Source of the DNA: Minisyncoccota bacterium
GTDB lineage: Bacteria; Patescibacteriota; Minisyncoccia; UBA6257; GWB1-50-10
DNA: 64,000 nucleotides
Assembly (NCBI GenBank): GCA_041665265.1
Contig: JBAYJE010000004.1
Span: 507-64,506, forward strand
Direction of reading: 5' to 3'
Shown here: positions 26,580 to 37,293 of the stretch, one piece after another
Position numbering within the stretch: position 1 is the first letter of the stretch
How the letters are laid out: the number at the start of each line of letters is the position of its first letter
The notes under the pieces: generated by a model
The model's database searches: none
Told to the model about the DNA's origin: nothing
What the model saw: only the letters and a program-made list of their open reading frames with translations
Position numbers and translations under genes: made by a program

Positions 26580-28202
26580 TTACTTTACGTAACTTTCGAA
26601 CCGAGCCTTTGCTTTTTCATATTTATCGCCCCACCCCTTCATCTTTTTTAATTTCTCTTCAAGGTCCAACATTATTTTTGAGGTAATAAGAATTGACTCT
26701 ATTGAATCACCATCTTCGTTTGTAGCTATTTTCCTTCCTATCTCTTGATACATCTCTCGATAACTATCAGTCTTAAATATTCTCTTTTTTCTGATAATCC
26801 TGTGATTATCCTCGGACATATATTTTATTGCATCCGTTATTTTTACATTCCTTCCATGAACCTTGAGCTCCACGTGGTCTCTTGGTCCTACGCGTAAACT
26901 ACCTTTCTCACTAAAAGTTGTCGTGAATGAAGCTCCGTTTTCAAGCTCAATCCACACCTCAACCGCATCATCCTGTAAAAGTTTGATATCGGAATTTTTG
27001 GGCTTACTGAAATTATTAAGATGAAGAAAGTGGTCAATCTGATGACATCCGTTTGATAAAAAGGTGCTTCTTGAAACCGGCCAATTATACCAGAAAAATT
27101 CGGGTTGAATGAGTTCATACACAATGGAGTGATACGAAATAGGGTCTCCCTGTTGTATACCCAAATCCTTTAACGCCAATTTGTTAAACGTTCCATAACG
27201 CTTATGGAAGCCAATAAATAATTTTCTTCCTACTTGTCGCAATGTTTTTTCCAATTCTGCTAATTCGTCATAATCCATGACCACTGGCTTTTCTACTACC
27301 ACATAAGAACCTTGCCGTAGCGCATGCAGTGTTATTGGTACGTGAGTGTGATTGTAGCTTGCAACAAAAAATACGTCTGCTTTTTCATCTTTTCTCGGAA
27401 AAGGTGAGGAGTCCCATTGTTGCACGCGCTTCTCCATAAATATCTGTGTAGGGTCAATTTCATGCACGGACTTAATGTCCACATAAGGTCTCGAATACGG
27501 AATAATGTTTATCTTCGCATAATTGCCATATCCAAAGAGTACACCACTTTTTACACCGGGCTTTCTTGCTTTGATTTCTCCCTTCATATCAGCAGTGGGC
27601 TCTGCGTTTTGTATATCGATTCTTTCTGCTTTTGCCCAATCGGTAGCAAGAAGCTCTTTTTTGACTCCCCCTCTTAAGGTGTCTTGTGTCTCTTCGGAAA
27701 CTTCTATACCGGAATAAATACTCCATGCTTTTACTTTATTCCACCACACATTACGTAAATCAACCTTCTGTAATGAAGAATATAAAATCGTGTCCGTGGG
27801 CATATCCAACATATCGGACTTTTCAATATTAAAAATCATCTCTTTTGGCAATGAGATGCGTTCCGCAAGAGCGGGGTGCCATGGAGCCACAAATCTTACT
27901 ATCTCTCCCACCTTAAAATTCCCATCATCGGCACTCTCAATAATTCTTCCTATGCCACAAGAAATATATTTATCATTGCGTCTATCCTCTCGAAGGCGTG
28001 ACCATGTCTTTGTAAATAATCCTTGAAACCCTACTACTGGGAAATAATTAATTAAGAGCCGTATACTTTTTGGCCTTGTATGATAAACATTCTCTAGTTT
28101 TTCAAGGTTCTTCCATGCAAGAACCTGAATTCTGTACTCACTTTTATTTCGAAAATAATCTAAAAAACCACTTCTCCATTTTTTCCCAGTAAGTATTCTC
28201 AT
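26580..28202 (-). CDS. Gfo/Idh/MocA oxidoreductase with N-terminal extension
   Basis: FGYGNYA, H...T..AL..G..V.VEKP, GFHKR, CHQID. Confidence 0.8.
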   Translation of the reverse strand: MRILTGKKWRSGFLDYFRNKSEYRIQVLAWKNLEKLENVYHTRPKSIRLLINYFPVVGFQGLFTKTWSRLREDRRNDKYISCGIGRIIESADDGNFKVGEIVRFVAPWHPALAERISLPKEMIFNIEKSDMLDMPTDTILYSSLQKVDLRNVWWNKVKAWSIYSGIEVSEETQDTLRGGVKKELLATDWAKAERIDIQNAEPTADMKGEIKARKPGVKSGVLFGYGNYAKINIIPYSRPYVDIKSVHEIDPTQIFMEKRVQQWDSSPFPRKDEKADVFFVASYNHTHVPITLHALRQGSYVVVEKPVVMDYDELAELEKTLRQVGRKLFIGFHKRYGTFNKLALKDLGIQQGDPISYHSIVYELIQPEFFWYNWPVSRSTFLSNGCHQIDHFLHLNNFSKPKNSDIKLLQDDAVEVWIELENGASFTTTFSEKGSLRVGPRDHVELKVHGRNVKITDAIKYMSEDNHRIIRKKRIFKTDSYREMYQEIGRKIATNEDGDSIESILITSKIMLDLEEKLKKMKGWGDKYEKAKARFESYVK

Positions 28203-28229
28203 ATGTGGTATGATTTCGCGTCACTCGCC

Positions 28230-29069
28230 TTACTTACCGCGAATTATCTTCTCGGTCTCATAAAGCTTTGCGTCTATAAGAAAACGATACCAGAACCCCT
28301 GTAAAAAGTGAAACGCGAGTCCTTCCATTCCATCTAAAAATCCAAATCGGAAGAAATATCGATAAATGAAGTATAAAAATGCCCTTAAGAACCTTGGTGA
28401 CTGGTAATATAGATTATTTTTAAGCCAACGCTTTCTTTCTGTTTGTGAGCCATCAAGCTTTTCAGAAACACTTTCATTCTGTGCTAAAATTGCATTCACC
28501 TCACGTGTCGAATACTTATTGTATCGTTCAATCCACCACGAAAGCTCATTTAGGTTCTCATCAATAAAGTCATTTTTAAAATTCGCTGTTCTTCCCTGCA
28601 GTAAAACGATATGCTCATCCATCTCACGCTCCTCTGACCGTGCTTTATTTTTTCTAAAAAGACGCAAAATCCATGTCGGATAATATGCACCATGTTTTAT
28701 CCAACGTCCCATAAAATAGACTTTTCGTTTTATGTAAAATCCTGAGACATCATCCGCGACACGAGGAAGAGTTTCTATAATTTCTTTCTCAAGTTCTTTG
28801 GTAATAACCTCATCGGCATCAAGTCTTAATATCCACTCGTGTTTGATTTCTATATTATCAAGCGCCCAATTAAATTGGGTTGCTTGATTCTTAAACTCGT
28901 GTTGCACCACACGTGCTCCATATTTCTTTGCAATATCAAGCGTTTTGTCTGTGGAATACGAATCAACCACAATAACATCATTAGACAAATTCAAAATACT
29001 CTCCAAGCACTTAGTGAGATTTACCTCTTCATTGTAAGTAAGGATGATAATGCTTATATTCGATTCCAT
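28230..29069 (-). CDS. Glycosyltransferase family 2
   Basis: ILTYNEE, VDSYSTDKT, LDADE. Confidence 0.9.
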   Translation of the reverse strand: MESNISIIILTYNEEVNLTKCLESILNLSNDVIVVDSYSTDKTLDIAKKYGARVVQHEFKNQATQFNWALDNIEIKHEWILRLDADEVITKELEKEIIETLPRVADDVSGFYIKRKVYFMGRWIKHGAYYPTWILRLFRKNKARSEEREMDEHIVLLQGRTANFKNDFIDENLNELSWWIERYNKYSTREVNAILAQNESVSEKLDGSQTERKRWLKNNLYYQSPRFLRAFLYFIYRYFFRFGFLDGMEGLAFHFLQGFWYRFLIDAKLYETEKIIRGK

Positions 29070-29070
29070 T

Positions 29071-29703
29071 TTATTTTTTTCTTGCAAGAACCACCATTGA
29101 TTTGGAAAATGGGCGGAGCCGTCCATAGTAATCATATTTTTCAATCTCGAACCCATTCTGCTTCAAAAGTCTTGTCATGGTTCTTTTAGAGAAGAAGCGC
29201 ACGTGAGGGCCTGTCGGATCGAAGTGTCTATCAAAATCAAAAAGGACAATCATCAGATTTTTTAAAAATCCGTGATATGGAACAGTTATCAAGGCCTTTC
29301 CACCAGACTTCAACACACGAGAAATCTCACCCACTGCATTTTCTGTGTCATATATATGCTCAATTACCTCAGAAGAAAAAACAAAATCCACCGATGAGTC
29401 AGAAAGTGGGATTGCTCCCCCATCAACTATTTTGTGAAAAATCGCATTTGGCACTTTTGTGCGCGCAGTTTGAAGTGCGGTCTCGGATACATCGCAGCCA
29501 ATAAGCTTCGCCTTCGGATTTAAATACAAAATTTCAGAAAGAATGTGCCCCTTGCCGCAACCAAAATCAAGGATCGTTACTTCTTTGTCTTTCGGTATAT
29601 AAGGAAACAACACGGGCCACTTAAGACCGAAGTCAGAAAGTTCGCTCTTGTCTCCTTCCCAATATCGCTCGTAAAATATTTTATTTTTTGCTGGAATTTC
29701 CAT
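29071..29703 (-). CDS. Class I SAM-dependent methyltransferase
   Basis: LDFGCGKG, EVIEH, RVLKSGG. Confidence 0.9.
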   Translation of the reverse strand: MEIPAKNKIFYERYWEGDKSELSDFGLKWPVLFPYIPKDKEVTILDFGCGKGHILSEILYLNPKAKLIGCDVSETALQTARTKVPNAIFHKIVDGGAIPLSDSSVDFVFSSEVIEHIYDTENAVGEISRVLKSGGKALITVPYHGFLKNLMIVLFDFDRHFDPTGPHVRFFSKRTMTRLLKQNGFEIEKYDYYGRLRPFSKSMVVLARKK

Positions 29704-30886
29704 ATTTTTCAATTAACTTATTATATTCGTCATACATGTTTTGTGCCACGCCCTCAATCGCGAATTCACTTTGAACAAGTTTTTTCCCTCTCTCTCCCAT
29801 TTTATGAGCGCCTTCACTATTGTTCAATAATTCAACAACGGAATCGGCTAGCTCTTTTTCATTTTTTTTAATAATGTGCCCTGCACGCGCACTTAAAATA
29901 TCTTTTGATATGCCAACCCCTTCTGTGACAACGACGGGAAGCTCACAATACATTGCTTCAATAATTGCCATTCCGAAATTCTCTGAATATGACGGCAAAA
30001 CAAATACATTACTTTCTCGAAATGCACCTATGCGCATTGCTCCTGAAACAAGGCCCACAAACATCACATGATTATCTACGTTATAAAAATGTATTAATTT
30101 TTTTATTTCTTTACCATAATTCTCATTGTCATCCCCGGCAATTACAAGGATTGCCTCTGGTATATCAACCACAATTTTTGAAAGTGCTGGAATTAAAGTG
30201 TCAAATCCCTTCTTCCAATTTAAGCGACCAAGGGATAAAATTATCTTTTTTTCCGGAGCAATTTTAAATTTTTTTCTAAATTCTCCGTGTGTTGGTGAGG
30301 CGATCTCTCTATCAAATTCGGAGGGATCAAAACTATTAGGAATAACAAAAGAGTGCGCCAAAGGAAGATGTTGAGCATTATATTCTTCCTTCTCTTGTGT
30401 GGTTGTAAAATGGATTGCCGCAGCACGAAAAAGGGCGCGCCCCTCTATACACGAGAGATATAGCCGCTTTTTGTGTGCACTTTTCATACGAAGAGGTTCT
30501 TTCATGAGACTTCCATGGGGAGAGATAATATACGGTTTATTATTTTTCAGAGAATAACGAGATCCAAAATATGAAATAGCAAGGAATACTGAGGTTATAT
30601 GCACGAGATCAAAATTGCCTATCGTTTTAGAAATCATCTTGCACATTTCTGGCGAATAGTACCACGACCTAAAAACTGTCGAAAAATAATACACCTTCAC
30701 GCCATCAATGATAATAGGTTCTCCAGTTGGAACAGAAAGCATATCGAAGCCATCGAGGTTTGTCGTATAGACAGTAACCTCAACCCCCCTACGAACAAGT
30801 TCTTTATTTAAAAAATGTGTCGGAGCTATAGGTCCCATTGCTTTCTGAGCGGGAAAGTATGTAGGAATCAAATGAAGTATTTTCAT
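29681..30886 (-). CDS. Glycosyltransferase family 4
   Basis: LGRL..KKG, PSYSENFG..IIEAM. Confidence 0.9.
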   Translation of the reverse strand: MKILHLIPTYFPAQKAMGPIAPTHFLNKELVRRGVEVTVYTTNLDGFDMLSVPTGEPIIIDGVKVYYFSTVFRSWYYSPEMCKMISKTIGNFDLVHITSVFLAISYFGSRYSLKNNKPYIISPHGSLMKEPLRMKSAHKKRLYLSCIEGRALFRAAAIHFTTTQEKEEYNAQHLPLAHSFVIPNSFDPSEFDREIASPTHGEFRKKFKIAPEKKIILSLGRLNWKKGFDTLIPALSKIVVDIPEAILVIAGDDNENYGKEIKKLIHFYNVDNHVMFVGLVSGAMRIGAFRESNVFVLPSYSENFGMAIIEAMYCELPVVVTEGVGISKDILSARAGHIIKKNEKELADSVVELLNNSEGAHKMGERGKKLVQSEFAIEGVAQNMYDEYNKLIEKYGNSSKK

Positions 30887-30888
30887 GT

Positions 30889-31944
30889 TTATTTTTTAAC
30901 AATGCCCCCTAAAAGCTCTCTTATTATAAAAAAATGGCGATAAAAACCTGCGCCAAAAATGGAAAGCAGAAGACTTGCTAAACTTTTCAAATCCAAAAAA
31001 TTAATCCTCAACGCCTCCATAAAATACTTCCTTGCGAGGATGGGGCTATCACCAAGAAGATAAAGCATGCCAACTCCCCTCAATTTTCCGCCATAAAAAG
31101 ATCCTAACTCTTTATAAAACGGATGGGCCCCCAACAAATGTGAAAATCTATTAGCTCGTTGAAGGGCTTGTTTAGAATTAAATGAGCCGTACGACTTGGT
31201 TAGATTATTTGTGTGCTTATGAACTACGAAAAGCGGTTCATCTACAAGATAAAATTGGAGCCCCGCTTCAGCAATACGAAACACTATATCAGTATCTTCA
31301 AATTCTCCGACTTCCTCATTTCGTAATCCAAGGATATCTAATATTTTCTTCGAAAAAAACATCCCGCTATTATTGCTTGCATAAAGCTCTGGGTGAATAA
31401 ACACATCCTTCAAGGACTTATACAAAACTTTTTTGAAGGACGGGGTTCTCTCATCTATATTTACTATATTCTTATTACCGCCCCAAAATGGCTTTGCAAC
31501 TTCACGATGCACTAATCCACTCTCAAGCAAATGAGTGGTTTCATATTCTATATATGCATTAGAACTTATCACACCAAAACTATTAATATCCTCCAAACTC
31601 TCAACAAGCTCTAATTGCCTTTCAAGCTTTTGAGGAAGCCACTCATCGTCATGATCTAAATATGCAATATAATTTCCTTGCGCAATAGAAAGTCCGATAT
31701 TTTTAGGAAACGCTGGTCCTCCAGAATTTTTCTCAAGAAATATTGATTTGGTGCGTTTATCTTCGTTCTTAAAAAAATCTATTATTTCTTGGGTGTTGTC
31801 TTGAGAACAATCATCAACAATAATAAGTTCGAAATTGTGAAATGTCTGATTTAAAACACTTTTGATTGTTCTATGCAGGAAACGACTTGCATTATATGTC
31901 GGTATAATAACAGAAACCTTTGGAACTAAAGGGCTATGAGACAT
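30889..31944 (-). CDS. Glycosyltransferase family 2
   Basis: VIIPTYN, VDDCSQD, LDHDD. Confidence 0.9.
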   Translation of the reverse strand: MSHSPLVPKVSVIIPTYNASRFLHRTIKSVLNQTFHNFELIIVDDCSQDNTQEIIDFFKNEDKRTKSIFLEKNSGGPAFPKNIGLSIAQGNYIAYLDHDDEWLPQKLERQLELVESLEDINSFGVISSNAYIEYETTHLLESGLVHREVAKPFWGGNKNIVNIDERTPSFKKVLYKSLKDVFIHPELYASNNSGMFFSKKILDILGLRNEEVGEFEDTDIVFRIAEAGLQFYLVDEPLFVVHKHTNNLTKSYGSFNSKQALQRANRFSHLLGAHPFYKELGSFYGGKLRGVGMLYLLGDSPILARKYFMEALRINFLDLKSLASLLLSIFGAGFYRHFFIIRELLGGIVKK

Positions 31945-32698
31945 AAAAGAGTCCTATTCCTCCCCATCCCTGACCCTTATCTTTTATAATTTCGACTATT
32001 TTACCAGCATCTTTCATTTCCCCCCAGAGTCGACTAACCTCGCACCCAGACTCACTCGAATGTTGGGCAACGTCATGAAATGCGATTATACCACCTTTTC
32101 TCACAAGTCCTTTATACATAAGAAAGTCATGCTTCGCTCCCTCATAGGTATGGTCTCCATCTATGAAAAGTAAATCAACGCTTTTGTTTTCAAGAATAGT
32201 TTCTACTTTTGAAAGAGTTTCCTTGCTGTGTGAGTCTGCTTTTATGAGGCTTATTGACTGATTAAAAAGAGTAAATATTTTATATATACTTTTTCTCCAT
32301 TCTGGATAACCGCCCTGAGCACCCGGTAAATCAATGCTAATAATGGTTGCATCACGATGTGCAACTCTTGAAAAAAGAAACAGAACGCCACCAAAGGAGG
32401 TGCCAATCTCTAAAACAACCTTCGGCCGTTCTTCCTCTACAATTTTTAAAAAACTTAATATCTCCTCCCTCACCTGAAGTGGTCTTATTATCCCCCAACA
32501 CATCGTTGACGCAAAATCAAACAATCTACCAATATCTTGCTTTTCAGAAAGATGAGTAATTTTCCATCGAGCAATAGGCGCGACCAAAAACCAGAAAAAT
32601 GGTCTTGCTGGCTCAATCATCTTTATAAAAAGTCTCGCCACAAAACCAAGAACACCTCGCTCTTTTAATGCTTTTTTAATCCTGTTCACAATTTGCAT
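31934..32698 (-). CDS. Class I SAM-dependent methyltransferase
   Basis: LEIGT..GG, FIDGDH.Y, GGII.FHD. Confidence 0.88.
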   Translation of the reverse strand: MQIVNRIKKALKERGVLGFVARLFIKMIEPARPFFWFLVAPIARWKITHLSEKQDIGRLFDFASTMCWGIIRPLQVREEILSFLKIVEEERPKVVLEIGTSFGGVLFLFSRVAHRDATIISIDLPGAQGGYPEWRKSIYKIFTLFNQSISLIKADSHSKETLSKVETILENKSVDLLFIDGDHTYEGAKHDFLMYKGLVRKGGIIAFHDVAQHSSESGCEVSRLWGEMKDAGKIVEIIKDKGQGWGGIGLFYVS

Positions 32699-32796
32699 AT
32701 TATCACATTCATTTGGCCTTAGCCAACATTAAATAACGGGCGCCATTGCTACCCAAAATCAAAAAAGTATAATTATGACTACCGAAAGAAATCAGA

Positions 32797-33981
32797 ATGT
32801 CTTTTACACTACCACCAAAAGAAATTGGAGCGACTCCCTCAAGTCACCTAAACCTTGTTCGTGCCATTACCGCAATGGCAGTCGTTGCAGGACATATTCG
32901 GTCCTTGTTTTTGGTTGAATATGGATCCATTGAAAACCCTAATATTTTTCATAAATTGTTCTATTTTTTCACTGGTCTCGGGCATCAAGGGGTAATCGCC
33001 TTTTTTGTACTAAGTGGCCTACTTGTTGGTGGGTCTGTTCTTAAAATAGTCAAAGAAAATAAGTGGAGTTGGACGGAATACATTGCCGCAAGGCTCTCGC
33101 GGCTCTACATCGTTCTTATACCGGGACTCATTATCACTTTTTTGTTTGACACCATCGGAATGGCATTAGCAAAAAATTCGTCTATCTATACAGGCAATTC
33201 TCTTTTCGGGAATGTCATCACATTTCAAATAATAGACGCGCAAACTTTCAAAAATTTTTGGGGGAGCTTGTTCTTTCTACAGACAATAATAACAAGACCA
33301 TTTGGATCAAACACACCACTGTGGAGCTTAGCTAATGAATTTTGGTATTATGTGCTATTCCCTTTTTGTCTTTTTTTCTTTTTAAAAAACGGGAGGTCTA
33401 TTCTCATGCGGCTCTTCATGGGAATTGTTGCCACAGGAATATTTTTCTTTATTGGTTGGAATATTTCTTTCTTATTCCTTGTTTGGCTCTTGGGTATAGT
33501 TGTTTTTATTCTACAAAAAAATAACACAAGCTCATCAAAAACCCTTCATTATTTATTTATTTTTCTTATTGGCCTTCAGCTTTTTGCCACCCTATCAATT
33601 TCGCGATTTTCATTAATCGAGAATAGCATGCTAATGGATTTTCTACTGGGAGTTTCTATTTCTCTCTTTTTGTGGGGCATCCTGTCTCTTTCAAAAAAAG
33701 AGGTGAGCAACCAATATAAATGGCTCGCAAGAACAGGGGCTGGCTTTTCCTACACCCTCTACGTGGTACACCTACCTCTCGTTATTTTTATTCATGGAAT
33801 AATCGGCTCTCACACAAATTACTTTTTAGAAGGGCGTTGGAATCCGGACATACCACACATTGCCTTCATTTTAACTATCTTTCTTGTTGTTCTGTTTTTT
33901 GCCTATCTTGTGTCTCTATTTACCGAAAACAAAACATCACTTGTGCGGCGCATAATAAGTGATCTTATCAAAAAACACTAA
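32797..33981 (+). CDS. Acyltransferase family 3 (glycan O-acyltransferase)
   Basis: R...A..VV.GH, FFVLSG, RL.RLY, WSL.NE..YY, SYTLY.VH. Confidence 0.9.
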   Translation: MSFTLPPKEIGATPSSHLNLVRAITAMAVVAGHIRSLFLVEYGSIENPNIFHKLFYFFTGLGHQGVIAFFVLSGLLVGGSVLKIVKENKWSWTEYIAARLSRLYIVLIPGLIITFLFDTIGMALAKNSSIYTGNSLFGNVITFQIIDAQTFKNFWGSLFFLQTIITRPFGSNTPLWSLANEFWYYVLFPFCLFFFLKNGRSILMRLFMGIVATGIFFFIGWNISFLFLVWLLGIVVFILQKNNTSSSKTLHYLFIFLIGLQLFATLSISRFSLIENSMLMDFLLGVSISLFLWGILSLSKKEVSNQYKWLARTGAGFSYTLYVVHLPLVIFIHGIIGSHTNYFLEGRWNPDIPHIAFILTIFLVVLFFAYLVSLFTENKTSLVRRIISDLIKKH

Positions 33982-34010
33982 TTGCTTGTTTTTTAATCAG
34001 TTTTTTGTTT

Positions 34011-35171
34011 CTACTTTTTTAAAGTTAGTATTCTCTTGTATTCAGCTATCATGCGCTTTCCATAATCATCCCATGTAAAACCGGAAGAGACTCTCTGCTT
34101 TGCCGACTTGCCCATCTCCTTTGCTTTGTCCGAATTCTCATAAAAGTATAATAATTTTTCTTTTATTGCGTTTTCACTTCTTATGGGAATAATAAATCCG
34201 TCCAAACCATTTCTCACGATATCTTCCCCTCCCGTATTTGTTGTGCAAATAACAGGGAGACCACAAGCCATTGCCTGTAGCAGTACCATTCCAAAACCAT
34301 CTTGAATTGATGCGATAGCAAACACAGAGCCTTGTGAATAATGCTTATAGAGCTCCGATTGAGAAATGTGCCCTTTGTATGTAAACGATCCTTCATATCT
34401 TTTGAAAAATGGTTCCATTTCTTCGCTCATCGAACCAATAAGTACAAGTTCGGAATTTGGTAAATTTAATTGTGAAAATGCCTTGAGAAGATAGTGAACG
34501 CCCTTTTGAAGGGTCATTCCTCCTACATATATCACACGAAATACATTATCGCTTTTCGGAACCTGCCTAAACTCAGAAAGGTCCACACCATACGGAATGT
34601 GAATTATTTTGTTTTCTGGAATACCGTATTCAAGAAATGTTCTTTTTACAAAAAGAGAAGGAACGCTCACATAATCCATATCTCGATATGCAAGAACATC
34701 CTTTTCAACAAGTTTCTCATGTGAGAGCTGAAAGACTCCTGGCACTATTCCAAACCTATCATACTCCTCTCTCAATATTTTCATCACATAAAGCGTATGT
34801 GCACTTCCATTCTCCACAATTATTGTTGCTCCCAGTTTTTTTGCTTTCTGCATTGTTTTTGGATATGTAGCGGGAGTTCCCACAAAAAAATCTGTTGCCC
34901 TTACGCGTAATGAAGCCTCCCAATCAAAAATTTCATGGATTAAATTTTGAGGATTGTACATTTTTTTAAGTGCGCGCGGAAGCAGTAGCCATCCTCGTTG
35001 TACCACCTCTTTTAGAGGGACGCTGTATATTTTTTCACTCGGAATTCCATACTTTCTTACCATAAATTTTGGATACGAGGTGATTAGTTGCTCTAAATAC
35101 CCGAACTTAAAAAGTTGCTCTGCGAGTTGAAATAAGTGAAATTTTCCCGGAACACCAATGGCCACTTTCAT
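34011..35171 (-). CDS. Glycosyltransferase family 4
   Basis: VG....QKG, DGFGMVLLQAMACGLP. Confidence 0.88.
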   Translation of the reverse strand: MKVAIGVPGKFHLFQLAEQLFKFGYLEQLITSYPKFMVRKYGIPSEKIYSVPLKEVVQRGWLLLPRALKKMYNPQNLIHEIFDWEASLRVRATDFFVGTPATYPKTMQKAKKLGATIIVENGSAHTLYVMKILREEYDRFGIVPGVFQLSHEKLVEKDVLAYRDMDYVSVPSLFVKRTFLEYGIPENKIIHIPYGVDLSEFRQVPKSDNVFRVIYVGGMTLQKGVHYLLKAFSQLNLPNSELVLIGSMSEEMEPFFKRYEGSFTYKGHISQSELYKHYSQGSVFAIASIQDGFGMVLLQAMACGLPVICTTNTGGEDIVRNGLDGFIIPIRSENAIKEKLLYFYENSDKAKEMGKSAKQRVSSGFTWDDYGKRMIAEYKRILTLKK

Positions 35172-35176
35172 ATGCT

Positions 35177-36184
35177 TTATCTAAAAAATTTTCCTGCTTG
35201 TGTTTTTAATCTATGTCGAACCGAGACTGGAAATAACGCTTTTAAAACGTGTACTATGTTTTTCCCAATTCTCCCCTTGTCTCCATTCATAAGTTGGCCC
35301 ACTCTCATTAGAAAGTCTTGTCGAATAAACCCACGCGATTCCTCTTTAAGAAATTGGTTTTGCACAAAAAATTCATACATACCAAACAACACACCAATTC
35401 CTTCATGTACTTCAAAAGAGGAGAGCTTTGTCTCATTCAAAGAAAACCACCTATTTACATTAGAAGGGATGGACAACCCAAAAATATCTTTCAAAAAATG
35501 CTCGCGGAGCACCAAGCTTAACCTGTATTGGGCTTCTGATTGGGTACTTCCTATTGATGCGGGGTGTAATCGATGCATAAGTAACACATCAGGAAGATTT
35601 GCAAATTTTGTTTTTCTTATCATTCTCATCCATAGTTCCGTGTCTTCAATATGAGGAAAATTTATATCATACCCACCCACCTCCAAGACAAGGTCCCTCC
35701 TCATCATCACGGTAGGATGAATAACAGCACACTCAAAACACATCTTCCAAAGTATCCCCTCATGAGAGGTGGGCTGCGTAAGTATTGAGATTTTTCTTCC
35801 TTGCGCGTCGGCGTGACTCACGGCAGTTCCCAACACTCCAACTTCGATATTTTTTTCCAAATAACCAATTTGCTTTTCAAATCTTTCTGGTTCACTTATA
35901 TCATCAGCATCCATTCTTGCAATAAATTCACCTCGAGCAACCCCAATCCCCTTGTTTAACGAATTAATAAGGCCAATATTCTTCTCATTTACAATTATTA
36001 CTATTCTCTCGTCTTGAAAAGACTTAATGATGTCTCGCGTTCCATCTGACGAGCCATCATCTATGATAATTAATTCAAAATCCTTAAATGTTTGAGTGAG
36101 TATGCTTTCCACAGCACGTGAAATAAACAAAAAGCCATTATATACTGGCAAAACAACTGATATCTTAGGATTCTTTAATAACAT
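35177..36184 (-). CDS. Glycosyltransferase family 2
   Basis: SVVLPVYN, IDDGSSD, RMDADD. Confidence 0.9.
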   Translation of the reverse strand: MLLKNPKISVVLPVYNGFLFISRAVESILTQTFKDFELIIIDDGSSDGTRDIIKSFQDERIVIIVNEKNIGLINSLNKGIGVARGEFIARMDADDISEPERFEKQIGYLEKNIEVGVLGTAVSHADAQGRKISILTQPTSHEGILWKMCFECAVIHPTVMMRRDLVLEVGGYDINFPHIEDTELWMRMIRKTKFANLPDVLLMHRLHPASIGSTQSEAQYRLSLVLREHFLKDIFGLSIPSNVNRWFSLNETKLSSFEVHEGIGVLFGMYEFFVQNQFLKEESRGFIRQDFLMRVGQLMNGDKGRIGKNIVHVLKALFPVSVRHRLKTQAGKFFR

Positions 36185-37229
36185 AGCGTAATTGTTCCTC
36201 CATGCGACCACAATATTCTTGAGGAGTCATAGAAATAGGAATACGAACACGATAAAGCTTTAGACGAGAAAATGCCTCAAAAAGTATTTCCTTCTGCTTC
36301 AACTGAAACTCAACCAAATTGAACTCCCCAAAAGCAGCGAGCGCCGAACAATAATACATCCCTTCCCCAAATTCTAAATTAAGAATTCCAATGATTTTAT
36401 TTACTAAAACATCGATGCTCATCGAGTCAATAATCATTTCTTCGCCACTATACCTCTCAAGAAAAATGCTTGCGGCTAGATTTGTCTTCTTCCCAATTTT
36501 TTCATCTGATATTAATTCACGCACGGGAACCTTTGCATATGAAGCGCTCCATCCCTTCAGAAGGGGGTGTCCTAATCCGAATGCTTTTTTTGCAAGAAAA
36601 TTAATTGCTTGTTTTGTTTTATAAAATAAGCCGAACAAGGTCCTCTTCCGAAGATACGCCCCGCCCGCTAATTTCTTAAGCTCGGGGAAAAGAGGTATAT
36701 GATATGGATAAATAGAGAAATCACTTGGGTACGAATACATCTCCCCGAGTGCGCTCACAATAACATAATCGTCACCAAAAAACTTAAAATCCTCTTTTCC
36801 ACGAAGTGCCGACATTAATATTGTTTTCCCAACACCGCCCAATGCGGGAAAAATGATACCCTTACCTCCAATTTCAATACCAGCACTATGAACAAAACTA
36901 AGCCCTTTTTTAAGCAATATTGTTTGAATTAGAAGGTTTGTTGCTTGATTCGCATATTCGGTATATTCACATACTTTATTGTAATCAAAAGAAATGGCGT
37001 ACTTCTTCTCTGGAAAACAAATGCCATTCTTAATTTTTACAAATTCTCCCACGCGTGAAACGAGGTTCTGCGCTGAAAGCTTCTTAAAGTCAGCAACCTC
37101 ATATTCGCTATCCCTCTCTTCGGGAGAAAAAAAATGCCGGATATAGTGATCATACCCATTCAAAATGTCTGCTGAGTCAGAAGATATTTTTATACTGAGA
37201 AAATTATGAATATTATAATGCTTTTCCAT
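36165..37229 (-). CDS. HPr-kinase-like P-loop protein
   Basis: VHSAG...IFPALGGVGKT...FFGDD. Confidence 0.6.
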   Translation of the reverse strand: MEKHYNIHNFLSIKISSDSADILNGYDHYIRHFFSPEERDSEYEVADFKKLSAQNLVSRVGEFVKIKNGICFPEKKYAISFDYNKVCEYTEYANQATNLLIQTILLKKGLSFVHSAGIEIGGKGIIFPALGGVGKTILMSALRGKEDFKFFGDDYVIVSALGEMYSYPSDFSIYPYHIPLFPELKKLAGGAYLRKRTLFGLFYKTKQAINFLAKKAFGLGHPLLKGWSASYAKVPVRELISDEKIGKKTNLAASIFLERYSGEEMIIDSMSIDVLVNKIIGILNLEFGEGMYYCSALAAFGEFNLVEFQLKQKEILFEAFSRLKLYRVRIPISMTPQEYCGRMEEQLRYVIKES

Positions 37230-37293
37230 ACAGTCCTAATATATCACTATTTAAAACAAAATGAAGGGATTGCCCCTCATGTGTATGCTACCG

